NCBI GenBank assembly: GCA_002633005.1
Contig: NMRA01000069.1
Span: 425,740 to 489,739 of the forward strand
Source: Phoronis australis
Lineage: Eukaryota > Animalia > Phoronida
Length of the DNA: 64,000 bases
Direction: 5' to 3'
A program made the translations under genes and the position numbers. The first letter of the stretch is position 1. Every line of letters begins with the position of its first letter. The notes under the pieces are model-generated. The model had not been told where the DNA came from. It was given only the letters and a program-made list of their open reading frames with translations, and did not search any database. This document shows positions 12,601 through 27,600 of this stretch, piece by piece.

Positions 12601-15600
12601 GTGACATGTTTATTGGAAAAAAATCTTGATGCGTGGTAATGAGTTTTCCATAGCTGCTTAAAAATTGTAGGCAGCTATCTAAAACTATGGCTTAACGACA
12701 TAGATGCATAGTCTCATTAAATTGTGAATACTGTTACAATCTCACAAAAGTCTCGTTTTGAGAGACTATTTTTATGTAAATGAGTATGGTAATATTTCAT
12801 CGTGGCAGACGAGCACCCGATGCCTGTCACCGACAACTGAGGTCCGACACTCCTCACGGTCACCACAACCAAAGCATTCTGTAATTTCATATTGCCGTCA
12901 CCTTGGACAATATTCAACATAATGCCGTTATGCATTTCTGGTAGTGAAAATTCTAGGTATTTGCACAAACTTCTCATCCGCATTTCTTAGGACGACACAG
13001 GAATCTCTGGGAAACCTCCACAGCATCGTGACGTTACCCTAATGAAACAAGGCACAGTTTTTATTATTTGCTTATTTCACTATCAAATAAGGACTGCGTA
13101 TTTGGAATTACTAGGCTGTTTTTGTATGTTCACACTTATTCTTAAGTGTATCAGTTGTGGCGTTTTCTTTAAAACTGCAATTTGTTGCCAAGTTGTTTCT
13201 TTTCCTGATTATACTTGTACTCACAGTTCTCCAGGAAGTCACTAGGGGGTGCTTGCTACAAATTTAAATATTCAAGGTTTTAATGAGACATAGCATCTTT
13301 AAGCCTTATGTTCAATTTGTATGGATTAACGAAAAAGCTTCTGCGGCAGTACTATTTCCTACAACCTCTAAACATTCGCTGCGTAAGTCAGATATCTGTT
13401 ATCCATAGATTAATTCTTATTGACACATCCAACAAAAACGCTGTACCTTGACAGTTTCGGCTACTCGCAACAGCCATCTTTGGAAGCTATTGGACACTAG
13501 GTGACGAGGTGATGGCAATAGGTGGCGAGGTGATGACACTGTTCCAAATTTTAGACAATTTATACCCCCCATCGTCTCTGTTCATAACTGAGCCACTTTT
13601 TTCTTTTTTTTTTCACCCAAATAGACTCTCCAATCCGTCTAGATCTCTGAAGATGGCTGCTGTGAGTAGCCGAAACTGTCAAGATACAGCGTTTTTGCTT
13701 GGTTGTGTCAATAAGAATTAATCTATGTGTTCTCTACCAACCTTATGAAATTATTTAGTGAGATACCTGCTGTGTTAGTATTTGTACTTTACCATATCCT
13801 CACAAAGCTGAGGTCAAATTTTCTGCATTTGAGCCACTGGACTAGTTACACTTGTTTCAGATGTTAGTCGTTTCAGATGTTAGTCATTCGAGGGCTGTGA
13901 AAATTTCGCAGCCAGTCACACTCAATGTGCTAATTAGTTGTATGCAACTCTAGATACAAAGGTGATTAATGTCTTCACCATTTTGTAGCTTTACTTAATT
14001 GCATCCTCGTGCTTCGTGATTGCACCCACAAGTTCTCCACGTGGGCTGTTTTCATAGGATCGCCATCCTCAAGGCACACACGCATGTCTGCACACTTCCA
14101 GGCTAGCCATACTCGAGGCACACACATGCATGCGTGCACACTTCGCCGCCCAGCCTTCAAGCCAGCTAGCTGTTCCCATTCGTGCCGCTTATTAAATTTG
14201 ACACATGTGTAAACAAAACGTGCTAAAAATGTAATTTTAAGTCCCATCAATATACCAGTCTCTGTGTCAGTTATCCATGGAGACAGGTGCACTGTTTCAT
14301 AATTGAATTGGTCAGTTGGCATCAGGAATTATGTTTTACTTTTGAAGTGAATTTAGTTCTCAAGTTTTTGAGCTGTTCCATCAAAGTACTGAAGTGAGAC
14401 GTTTGTGCTGTTCCCATTGATTTTATTAAGTGGTCAGTGAGCATTAAGCATTAAGATCTCTGGTAGCTTTGAAATTGAAACTGAAGTTGCATGTAGTACA
14501 CAGTTGATGCCGTGCTTTTACGCACTCTGTGCTGTGCTAAAAGTCAAACACACGGGGTGCTGTGCTTGTACACACTAGGTGCTGTGTTTGCACACACACT
14601 AGGTGCTGTGCTCGTGCACACTTGGTGCTATGTTCATACAGGCTAGGTGATTGGGAATTCGTTCATTATTTCATTAATGAGGCTGTCTAGTTCCCTCTTG
14701 GCAATTCTAGAAGGTGACATGGGAAAAGCATGGTGAACGTGGCCTCTTCATGGACACCAAGTGCCTTTGAATAAAGCGGTAGTATTTTGATTGCTGAAAA
14801 CTACTGGTGTTTTGCCGCTCGTGTGAACCCGGTGAAAAACACTCTGGTCAATCAAGTGTGAGAAAGTGGCGGAGCTAGTTTGGATGCGATATCCAATCTC
14901 TAACTAAAAGTTTCTATTAATTGTAGCAAAGGAATCTGCCTTTGAAAAAAGAAAAGTCACATTTTTGTGTATTATTTTTATGTGAAATAAATTAAAAATT
15001 ACTGTATTTGGTGTTGGCCAACCGTATAAAGGGCAGTCTTGCATTATTTGTGGTATGCTTGTGCAGTCTAGGTTGTTTTACTTACTCTGAAAGTTTTTAG
15101 CAATTCTTGTTATAAACAACTCCCCTTCAAACCTGAAATATGATGTTGTGACCATGGACGCACAATGCAAACCCTGTGTTTCTGATTGGCTGAATCTGTT
15201 TTATCGCTTTTTCTGCCATCATAATGCTGGAGTACCTGCTAATAACTAATTGTTATATACTAGAGCGGGGATTGAAATTGACAGGCATTTAAGATGTCGA
15301 ACAGTTACCAGGGATCTGTTTCATGAAAGTGACTTAGACAACAGAAATTTGGTCTCACGCTCAACAGAACGATTTACGAAAAATAATTTAATCTCACATC
15401 AGCAAAAGAATAAAGTTTGTGAAATAGACAGTTTATTGTTACTTACTGAGAAAAATTGTAAAACTTATTTCCAGGCAGTTATGTGCTAATAAGTACATGT
15501 CTAAACCTTTATTTGACAATTGTGAAGTTTCTGTCTTAAGTCACTTTTTCTTGAAAAGATCCCAGAACAGAAAAGTGAGACTCACTGTGTAGCTCTCTCT

Positions 15601-18600
15601 CAAAGGGGCAATCAACAATTGGACTAAAAAACACGATGACTTGACCGACAAAAAAAAAACAGTTGGCTGAACCCTAATCGTAATTGCCGGTGCTATAATC
15701 AGTTGGCTGTTTGAGCACTGGCCAACCCATTTTAGGTCCGGCCTACCTTTTTTTTGGGTGTGGCCATCTGGTTTTGAGGTCCCGGACATCGCATTTTGAG
15801 GTATAACCGCCAAGTTATAAAATTGGCCATTGGGTTTTTGCAGTCCGTCCATCTGGTTTTGAAGTCCGGCCAGTCATAGATTCCCCCTTGTCTCTGGGAC
15901 GGACTAACTACAACTTCCACACTGCGTAACAGCTCCACTTTCATGGAAATCGATTAAAGAGTTTCAAAATTTCTTTTTTATCAATTGTGATAATATCTCA
16001 CCAATTTTGGGCACAATATCAATAATGAACTAGGGAAATTTTTATTTTTTTATTCTGTCGTAAAAGACGCATTGTGTCAAGTTACCATGTTCAAACTTTA
16101 TTACCATGGCTACCCTTAGAAAATATTTCGAGGAATTGTGGTTAAACATTTTTAGAATTTTTTGAAAACTGAAAAGGGATAATTTTGGCAAATACTTTTG
16201 TTTGCTGATTGTGAGGTTTCACCATATGCCAGATTGACCAGAAATGCCTTCAAAAGGGCGCCATCCCATTCATGTGGTCAGCAGGAATACACTGGAGACA
16301 CTGGGTTTAGAGGTATAGCCAGATTATTTATGGCTGTCCACTGAACATCTTTGCAGTCTGTGCCTTGTAGTGATCGCAATAACAAACTTCACAGAGTCCA
16401 GCAGGCTGCTAAGACTGGCCATAAATCAAGCTTTGTCCATCATGACTCATTCACAACACTATCTACCCAGTGTGTGCCCATGTGACCATTGTAGTTTTAG
16501 TTGAATTTGTTTTTGATGTTTTTTTAAACTTGTACCGCTGGAGGCTGTTCATTGTCTTGCCAGCAGGGAAGCTGGAGTCGCCACTTACCCAGTTTCTAAT
16601 AGCCCACACACATTTGCACCCTTTGCTCAAATCCGTTGCGGGAATGATGAAATTTGGTGTTAATGCGGTGTACTTATGTGAACTCTCGTTCTTCCTTTAA
16701 TTTCGTTAAAGTCTTATCATCATTAGTGTAACTTGGCATTGTGGGCTTAAAAAGGACTGGACTAATGAGACTTTCCCATCAGAGGAGCCCAAGACTATGG
16801 CTTAAATAGAGTTCTGTGCATGTAAAACTCACCTGGGGAAAATGAAAAAGGCCAAACCCATGGAATTTTCTAAATAATTTTCTACAACCTTCGGTTATGT
16901 AATAACTATTTTAATATTCCAGCAATTCTCAGTAGTGCCAGAGGTCAACATTCCTTAAGTGTTCTGGTCAGTGAGAGCACACTTTTGTCATCACTTCAGT
17001 ATGGCTTGTTGTTTCCACTTGGACCACAACTATCTAAACAAAATAAATAAGTACAATTAGCTCTCTCAAATTGTTTTGACCGCTGGCCATGCCTGGGTTA
17101 CTGGTATCATGTTCAGGTCCCTGACCCATCGCTGGCCGGCATGATATGGTGCTGTTGTTTTTCAAAAGGGGCTACAAATTTCGTTGAAAATTATCCAACT
17201 TTAAAGTCCTGGTGAAACCCCAAGAAAATAACCCCTAATCATTTGTAAATTAGCTGCGAATTTTGCTTCACAATTTCTTCCCGTTTCGATGAAGAGAAAT
17301 TTCATTAACGTGTTTTTGAAAATTAGTGTACGGCGGCGTCTAAACAATGTCTTTTATCGGTGCTGTGTGTTCCACAATGTCTGATGTCAGGCCTGGTCTG
17401 TTTCAGCCAGATCCTTCATCCAGAAATGGTATTTCCAAATCAAGTTGAAGATTGTGTGTTTTTGTTTGGAAAAGTTGATATCTTGGAGACCCTGTTAAAC
17501 AAAGCTCTTGCTTTTGTACTGGTCTTGGATGTAGCATTTTGGTAAACATAGACTGCAACACAGGGTAATGAGGGTTAAGAGTTATGTTACATCTTTTGGA
17601 AATAATTGTGTGGCTTTTATAGGTTCTTTGTTGAACTTGGGACTTATTGGTTGAATTTTGAGTGGGATTATGACATTGTGTAGTGTGTCAAAGGGTTGGT
17701 CTTGGCTTTGACTGGAGAGGTTTTAGTAGGAAATGATTTGTTTTATGTTTTTTTCATTGAATCCATATGTGTCAGATATGTTGAAGGTTATGTTGTACGC
17801 CTTAAGTTATTAGAAGCATTGGTTATTAAATTTAAAAGCTGGGTCTGAACAGGCTAGACACAAGAACAATGACGCGTCCTCAAATTATGTGCTTACTCTC
17901 TTGTGTTAGTGTAATGTCGCATCAAAAAAGGGGTCTCTGCTAGTTGCAGTTTTGTACACCTTCGTTTACTATTTTGCACCATTTGCTTTACGTTTCTCTT
18001 CTGTGACGACAGCGGTTGTTTCAATCTAGGATCCAGAATTGAATTTATCTTATTTATTCATATAGTTCATCTTCGTTTTTGCAATGAATATCTCGAAGCC
18101 TTTAGTGTTAAATTGTGCGCCTATGCAGGAGCACGTCTTTCTAAAGAGTGTGAGAAGACTCTTAAGTGCCATCCGGACACAGACTTGCCCCCCCAAAAAA
18201 GTTTTTTCGGGAATTAGTTGTCACTAGATTAAGGGCTGTCTGGACACAATATAGGAAAGCTAGAATCCGCAGAAGCTTGTGTACTAAAGCACAAAATTTG
18301 CTGCCAACACACACGCACGCACGCACGCATTTATATTGTAAATCCATACCAAGTCCCATCGTTTTCATCTTGTGATCATATTCTTAAACAGATCGATCAT
18401 AAATTAAGGGGTGATAAAATATGATAACATTCACAATGAATTTTGAATAACTGTTCTTACATCCAGTTGGTAATTGTTTGGTTGCCTGTCACCATTAGTC
18501 AGTGAACAAACCGTCTGCTGTGAACAACATTTTCTTCTTTTGATCACTAACTTGTGAGACTGGATAACATCACAGCTTGTGCCCATGTTTGCATTACATA

Positions 18601-21600
18601 ACTAATGATGTATGCTAACACCTCATCCTGCTGGGACTGTGTAACAAACTTCTTTTGTAGTCTTGATGGGATTGAGCACACATCATCAATGATGTTTTTA
18701 TTACGCCTACAGGGTGGGCCAAAACTGTCACTCATCCTGATTACATAAGAGGTCCCTATTTTTTATGCTCCGATGGCTTAATACTGAATTTTGCTCTGTT
18801 TAGCTGGATAAAAAGTGAAAATTGTAGCCTTTTGCTCTCATATAATTGGTCTCGTAATAATTCTTACTGTGTGACTGAAGTTGGTAATGGAAGTACAATG
18901 TTGTCATAGCAACAAGTCTGTTTCATAAAACGTGACTCGAGCTTCAAATCAGAAATTCTGAAAAATAATTTAACTTCACTTATCAAAAATACAAAATCTC
19001 TGAGAATATGCACATAACTGCTAGTTACTTAGATAGTGTCTATAAATTATTTCTGTGATTCGCCTTTTAATACCTGGTATAAGCTTCATTCAGCGATTGT
19101 GAATTGGAAGCGTAAGACTAAGTTCCTATCTGAAAACATAAGTCATTTTTCATGAAACAAATCTCTGGTCTTGATAACTTGCTGTTGCTGATGGCAAAAT
19201 GCTCTCTCCAAGTTAGTGGTTGTGTGATTGACCTGCCCAAACTTGTTGGAATTGTTGGTATGTGAGCTCAGCTATTTTATGGCTTTCGTTGTAATAGTAC
19301 TGTTTTTTTTCTTTGTTAGACTGTAAAATATGACCAATTTCGCATGAAAATAATTGCCAAAATAACACGTTCTTCATTTTCAAGGGCTGCCAACATAGTT
19401 GTGAATGGTCACAATTTTTCAAAATATTGTTTGTTGGTAGCTATGGTAACAGAACATGAATCTGGCAAAGGATTACCTTAGCTCTATGCATCGTTTGTGA
19501 AAAAATGAGAAAATAAAAGTTTCACCTGTCAGCCATGTTATTTCCTGAATTGATGAAACTTTATTGTACCTCGAACTAATACCTGTGCACTATATTGTCT
19601 TTAGTGTACAGGAATGCCTCGAGATGGTCTCGGAATTTCTAAGCATTTGTGATGTCATTTTTTTTTTCTTTTCAGAATCGTAAAAAGGCTCCCAACATGA
19701 ACGTAGAGAAGGCATGGGCAAAAGGTTATACAGGGAAGAACGTAGCCGTGTCAATATTGGATGATGGTATAGAGAGGACACATCCTGACCTGGCTAAGAA
19801 CTATGTGAGTGGTTTACCTGACTGTCGAGTGTTTACGTTAGTCTGGATACTGGACGTTGTCAGAAAAATGTGCTTTTCAATTCAAGAAATTGTTTTCATC
19901 ATGAAACATTTCCAGATTAAAAAAGTCATTGACAAATCTTGTGCCCTTTGCTGAGAACTGTTAAAAAGGGTTAGGATTAGGATAAGGGTTGAATCATTTC
20001 AAGTAAGTCATTATTTATACAAAGGTGTAGGGAATGAACAGCAATGTTTGCAATTCAACAAAAATTGTAAAATGTCAACATTTCTATTTTTTCAAAGATA
20101 TTACCTGAAATAAATGTATGACATTATCCATAAAAAGTTTCAAAACAAGTGGTTTTATAGCAAGAATTTGTCCAATTTCACCTGTGGCTCATAAGTGGAA
20201 AATGAAAAAATGTGTTTTTGTTGCAATTGCCTTGTAGGCAAATCTTACCGTGTTCCCACATTACCTCATATTACCTTATGGTAAAGCGTAAGCTTTTAAC
20301 AACTTTCATGTATGTCAGGTGTCGGCTAATTAGTATAGTCCCCTAATGCCGCGCACCTGCCAATGAAGCCTCGGGCCTCTGGCGGTGTTGTGGTGCACTG
20401 TTTCTTCTCGTTGTCTGTACCAGCTGCGTGTTCGTGTGGTGGATTTGCAATAAAAATCTTGACAACTCGGTAGGGCAGACATTAAGTTAAATACTATTTC
20501 CTTGTTTTGAACATGGCCAATTTGTGCAAAATATCGAATGGGGCCATTTTTTCAATTTCTCCACCCCAGCAACCACCAAGCAATATTTTGAAAATTCGCG
20601 GGCATTTGTTGTTGTAAAGGTGGCATTGTGTCCTAGCAGGTTGAGTGTCTGCCTCCTATTCACATAGTCGTAGGTTCAAATCCCATTGGAGTCCACTGCA
20701 AGTCCACTGCTAGACCCTTGAGTCTCGTCTCTAGCTCCTCAGCTCCGTCTCAGCTTGTGTATGTGTCTGTGTTATGCTTGTATTAATAAATGAAAAATGG
20801 ATTCAGGTGTTTGGCGCTGAGTGGCAGCATGCATACCTCTGATGCAACGTGAATCGCGCCACCTGGGCTATTTTTTGTTGAGCAATGAAGAGAGCGTGAT
20901 TATTTTTGGCTGAATTGGCAGAAATTTGCCTTCAATCAATTGCCTTATTCTTTGATGGTGTATGTATTTGCAGGATTCAGAATCCAGTACAGATATTAAT
21001 GGTAGAGATGATGACCCCATGCCTCGGTATGATTACTCCAATGAAAACAGGTGGGTATCTACGTTTAAAGGGCTATATACCGTGGTCAAAACATTAAAGG
21101 TGGAGATAGGTGTGATTGTGTGTGTGTGTGTTATGGCTGATGGTTATTGATAAGGTCGTTTTTGTATTGAAGATCGAGACGATTATAGGTTTAGATCAAG
21201 AGAGTTCGTTGTTTAATGACCCAAAGTGCCAAGTTTTGATGACTATGACGACATCCTCCGCATAGTTGTGTTCATTTTTGTTGTTGAAATCAAGAACATT
21301 TCAACAACAAATCGCAATTTGTTCGCATGAAATACTAAATCAAAATAACGGTGTGCCAGAGTTGAAGGCAGTGGAGTGTACATTCATTATCTGCTGTCTT
21401 TTTATTTTGTTGTGTTTTAACTATTTCAACACTAAACTAATCATCTGTGTCTGATTGACTTTTGTGTTTGCTAACATTGGACCCCCTGCGTAGTTAACAC
21501 CAGCCTCTGGGTTTCATTGGTGTTCCAGTCAAGTGTACCAATCCTTGCAAATACTAGTCTGGGAATTTGAGCTGTTTTGTGTCCTTGGCCTTTTATGCGT

Positions 21601-24600
21601 GGGAGGTGTCCATTTCCTGGAGTGTGCCTGTACTTGTGTGTCGGGCCTGATGGTTTCTTAGAGCTGTTCACTCTACAGTTCTCTTCCTGCCTCTGTTTCA
21701 TGTTAAGAAATTGCTATATTTGGTCATGAAATTAATACATACTACACACAAGTTTTTAAAAAGTTGACGTAGTATATTATGCTGTAAAATTCTCCAGTTT
21801 AGGACAGACTCTAAAGTTTGCGACAATGAAATTCAAACTGAATTTTGAATCTTCTTGATTTTGAAGATTGGGATATGGACTATTTTGGCATTCATTGTAT
21901 TTTTCAGTTGTCAGAATAGTATTTGGCAAAGTAATATTTCTTTCCATAATTCGTTAAACACTCCAATGGCCTTTCTTTGTAAACATACACAACAATCCTA
22001 TCCAAATAGTGTTTAAGGGTAAAAAGAATAGCGGAAATTATATACTTTATTCACGAGATTGTTTTTTCTACTGGAAAATAAAATCTCCTAAAATGCTATG
22101 TTAATTATTTTCCCTTGCTTCACGTTTTTGTCATGGTGATATTGTACCCATGTTCACATTACAATCATCCAAATAGAATCCTGTAGTTAAAGATTTCATT
22201 AGCAGGCTTGCTTGTCAAAGGTGATTTTACTTCTTGAGCTTCTGGGGGGAAGCTCGGTTTTAAATTCAGAACAGTTTTTATTGGATTTGCTAAATTGCTA
22301 TTATGCCTCTGGCTTAGCGATCAGGTGTTCTTAGGCCCCTGAGAATTCTGAAAGTTCCATACAGGTCACAGATAGCAAGCCAGCACTCTGCCAGTAATTA
22401 AGGTCGGGTTATTTTGAGTTAAGTAGGACCTGTTTTACTCATTCCTCAACTGGTGTCCAATAGTTTCAATTATTTCTTCGATGGGTGTAAAAATGAAGCT
22501 TCTAAAATTAGAAGTCCTGTCATTTAGCCAGCAGCGAAGTTCTTGGTCACCGTGAATTTTGTTACCTACAGAAAACCAACTTGCTCTAAGGAGGTTACCG
22601 TTTCATTTTTGTCGGTGTTAGATTTTATTGCACCTATAGCACAGTGCCCTGGCAGATCAATCTATGTCCTCCAAGTGCTTTCATGATTGATTGCCCATCC
22701 AACCACCATTGGTGATTTTCATGTCAAGACTGTGTTGAGTTACGCAACTACCTGCTATAAAATTGGTATCAACTTGATTAGAAGTAATCTGTGTACTTGT
22801 GAGGTACCAAACATGCTCCTGCTGCAGTCTGGACTCATTGACTTCCAACTGGCTGTTGTTATTTTATGCACTGAAAGCAATTTAACTGTTAGCTAATTTG
22901 CAATGTGTTGCTTCCGTCCCCAAACACCAGGTGGGGTTACTACTCAGTGCCTATTTTTTTCTTTTTATAAACTTAAGTAATACCAAATTGATGCTTTACT
23001 ATGTTCAAATTTGGTCTCAGAGAAATCGTCAGACAACATTTCGAAACACCGTGATCATTCACAATAATGTGCAACATAGTTGAAAAAATGCCAATGAACT
23101 TTGATTATTGCGTTTGTATGAAGTTGGCGATGTCTTACTGTTTGCGTTTTCCATGTTAAGAGTAACTGCCAACGTGATGAGGTTCACTACATTTCCCCAT
23201 GACCTCATATATATCTCCCTCACTTAGAATCCTAAAAATACTTATTGCAATAATTTGCAAATTATACAATTCAATTAACTCGTTAGTGTTAACAATTTGG
23301 GGCATTTGTAGTTGAACTGCTTTCTTAAAGGTTGGGTCAATTCAACAACTTGGAAACAAGGATAAACATTTGGTCATTAACAGGCAACCATTTAAAATGG
23401 TTTGAAGAGTTACAGGTATGGTACACGTGATCTTTCAAATGAAGTAATTGTGAATTTTTTGCATTTTCCAATACTCACCAAGGGTTCCAAGAAAAGCAGA
23501 CCTCCCCAAGTTTAAGAGCTTCTCTGCACATGTTCATTAGAAGTACTGACTGCCGACCAGTTTATCCATCTTTTGTGTGGTCAGGGAACCAACCTATGTG
23601 CCCTACACACGGGTGGCCATTTTTCTTACACTGACCAATGTGTATTCCAACTCACAAGGATTCTCGTTAATTACACCGGCCTCCGTTTCAGGCATGGTAC
23701 TCGCTGCGCTGGAGAGGTGGCAGCACAGGCCAACAACAACATATGCGGCGTCGGTGTAGCGTACGATTCCAAGATAGGAGGTATGTGATTGACGTACCAT
23801 AACGAAAATCAAATTGCCATTCAGTTGTGGGTTGTTTACTCATTAAACTTATCATGATCTTGAGTGCCTGCTCAGAACTTGCAAGCGTTATAAAGTTGTG
23901 TTTAACCAAATGGTATGTTATCTATGTACTGATGTTGATCTCAGCAGAGTACAGGCATTTGTCAAAATGGTTGGTTTCCTGCATTTGAATGTCAACATAC
24001 TTCAACAGCTGCTTCGCTTGCGTTGAATGAGTTTTGTCAAAATTCGTGTCAAATGATGTACTTGTAGCGTGACATCAAACAAGATGCAGAACCACTTATC
24101 ATATTCACACATTTTTGCTGGTGTTTATCTTTGTTCAGAAATGTGTCTGCCCTTTTGCAGTGTAAGTATGTAGAGAATTTCCGAAGTAGGTAAATCTGCT
24201 GTAGAATTTGAATAGTGTTGAACTTGATGTGCCACAAAGTGGTGATACTGTTTGTATCAGTAAAACTCACCTTATCTGTCCTCAGGTGTGCGTATGTTGG
24301 ACGGCGACGTCACGGACTCTGTTGAAGCCCACTCGCTGCAGTTCAGTCGGCAGCACATAGATATCTACAGTGCCTCCTGGGGCCCAGACGATGATGGTCG
24401 CACTGTGGACGGGCCATCCAGTCTGGCAAAAAAAGCTTTCAGGGATGGTGTCTCAAAGGTGTGTGTGTGTGTTGGAGTGTCTAATTAAGGACACATTTTA
24501 GCTCAGTCGTTGCCGTGTCCAAAGTAGCCATGTTGGCGTCTGCTGCGTTGGGTACTCACACTTTGCGATATATTCTACCAAGCAGGATACCTTAAATTGG

Positions 24601-27600
24601 ATGAAAAATATTTTTGCCACAGCCTAAAAATAACAACTGACAGTTTTGCAAATTAAAACTTTATTGGAATGCTAGTTTATTCTATAATATCATTAGAGAT
24701 GAAAATAAACTGTCTAAGGGCAGTAATTAACTTAGTTGTTGTGCAGCATATTAACTGTGTATATCTGTATCCCAACATGATAAAAACTGACACTTACCCT
24801 GGAATGTTTTGAATTGACCAACGTCCCCAAGTATGCAGTGCTACGTGCTTTTGTCACGTGCTATATGTAGCATCACCCTCTCTCACTTGCCAGGGTCGTG
24901 GTGGTCTCGGCTCCATCTTTGTCTGGGCATCGGGCAACGGCGGGCGCAATTCCGACTCGTGCAACTGCGATGGATACACAAACAGTATATACACGCTCTC
25001 CATTAGCTCTGTGTCGGAATATGGTAACGTGCCCTGGTACTCCGAGGCGTGCTCATCAACGCTGGCCACCACGTACAGTAGCGGGATTGGAGGAGAGAAA
25101 CAGATCGTGAGTACATGTTGAGTGGGTGCCAAAAGTAACATCCAACATTTGACCTACAACTCTCTAGCATTGGGAAAGCATGAAAGTGGCATTCCCTCTA
25201 CAAGTTTCGAATTCCAGTCGGTGATACTGAACTTGTAAACGAAGACGAAATACAATCTGTTTTCGTGCTCTGACATTTTTGCCTGAAGTAATCAATAATC
25301 CTATCTTACAACAGTGGTAAATAAATGTCATGGCATGATTATTGTATGAAAAAACAGTGAAATCACACTGCATGAAATTCCCATCGAAGTCACTTGTGAA
25401 TCAACAGTGCTGCTGCATGCTGCCCTGCAAATATCAGTCAAAAGCTACCATCGTAGCTTGTACTGATCTATCTTTGTTTTTAAAATGAAATTGACAAATG
25501 TTCTCTCAGAGCAAAAACAATGTGACCTGTATCCAAATATTTGCTGTTAAAAATCTTGTGAAGTACTTGTTGTTAATACTATGACACTTGTCGCCTTGTT
25601 TCTCACCAGATAACTACTGACCTCCATAGGATGTGTACGGACCACCATACCGGCACGTCCGCTAGCGCCCCCTTAGCGGCAGGGATTTGTGCACTCGCCA
25701 TACAGGCCAAGTGAGTATTGCATTGTCAAGAATGTTGAATACATCTATGCAATGACATTTGTTAACGTACCTCTCCCAGCGAAATGACATTACAGAACAG
25801 TGTCACTTTTACTAGCTTAATTTCCAATCTAAAACGTATTGACTTGCGCTTCATGGTAACAGATAAGAAAACAAGCGCACTCTGGTTGTGAAATGTGGAG
25901 ACAGTAAAATGCCAACCTACCTATCCGCAGTGGCGAGTGAGCATAAGGGGAAAGGGAACAAAAGGTACCCAAGGCCCTTGCTCACTTGAGGGGGACGTAG
26001 CCTGCGCTTTCTGGGAAGGAATTTCTTAGTGGGTGATTAGAACTCCTTGTTGAAGCTGAGAGTCTGTCAGTGAAAGCTGCTTTTTGTCCTGTTTACCTGG
26101 GTGAAAAAAATAGAATTAGATCCTTTACTCTCATAAAACCGGTCTCGTAATATTTCTCGGAATTCCATTTCTATTGCCAATAAGAACATAAAAGCATTCG
26201 TGTCTCTAGAAAACACCTTGGAGTTAATTGGGGTTTGCCAACTTCCAACCTTAAAGTTGCAAATTCAAAAATGCCACATGTACACATTTCCTGTGACAGA
26301 AATAGAAGCATATCATGATTAGGGACATTAGAAGACCAATTTTATACGGGAAAGAGATCATTAGTTTAAAATTCTATTTTTACTTTTAGCCAACTTATTA
26401 GGGTGAAATGCAATTTTGGAAGTTATTAACCTTGAGGTTAATTTTTTAATCATTGGTGGGCAATTTTTGGGCCTGGTGAGTGGAATTTCGCATCATTTTA
26501 ACGTATTTTAGACAGGAACGGGGACGATATCTGGCCACAAAACCGATGCATGGAGAGCCGTGTTTTTGATGATGTTTAATGAGAGTTTCACTACTAGCCC
26601 CATGTTATTCTCTGTTACAGTCCTAATCTGACATGGCGTGACATGCAGCACATTGTGGTGAGGACAGCAAAGAAAGCCAACTTGCAGGCTTCAGACTGGA
26701 GGAAGAACGCAGTGGGGCGCTGGTGTAAGTATGGAGAGTGTAGCTTGGGAGGCTGGAAGTCTTTAAATTAATGACTCCAATGGAAGTCACTTACAGGGAT
26801 TTGCAGAATCTGACCCATTGGAGGATTCTCTGTTTGTTTGTGGTAAAATTCCAGCACTTGTGTTTAGCTTGTTGGCATCACTTTTGTGTCTTTAATTCAC
26901 TAGAGAGTTCTTGGTCCGATGTTTTGCTCTTCCAATGGTGCCAAAAACCTTTGAGCGCCATATCAAGGTACTGCTTGTTGGTTCATATTTACGCCTTGAT
27001 TTGGCTCCATAGCTAAGGGTAACTTTAATTTTCACTCTGTTATATAGTTACCTAATTCCATTAAGGTCATCTCAAACTTCATTTAGTGGCCACCGTTCTA
27101 ACTCGTATATCGAAAAACCAGCCTTTGTCAACTAGTAAAAGTCAAAATTTCATTTTTAAGAAAGGTACATTCATACCAAAATAACCCCTCGGTCAATTTT
27201 AATGAAACCTTTTTTCAATGAAAACTTCACCTGTCCAGTTACCTCAAAAACTCTGTTAGGAATTTTTGATTAGTTTTTTATTTTGGTTTCTATGATGAAT
27301 CAACTCGCAAAATGTTAGGTAGTTTTGTAAAAATTAGCAGTCATATTCATCTTTATTGCATTACGCAAAAACTAGGCCTTTATGTCGGAAAACCGAACAA
27401 CATTTTGACATTAGTTTGGAAAGTTAAAGCGAAATCCACAGAGCCATTTTTGAGAACTCGTGTTCCTAAGTTCAAATTAAGTCGATTTGCTTGAGCCAAT
27501 AAAGTTGTGAGACGTGAAAATCTCAAGGTCTCTGCGTAATTATTCAGTGAAGACTTGTTTCCAGTCAATATAACCTATACACTATTTCAACATTCACTTG

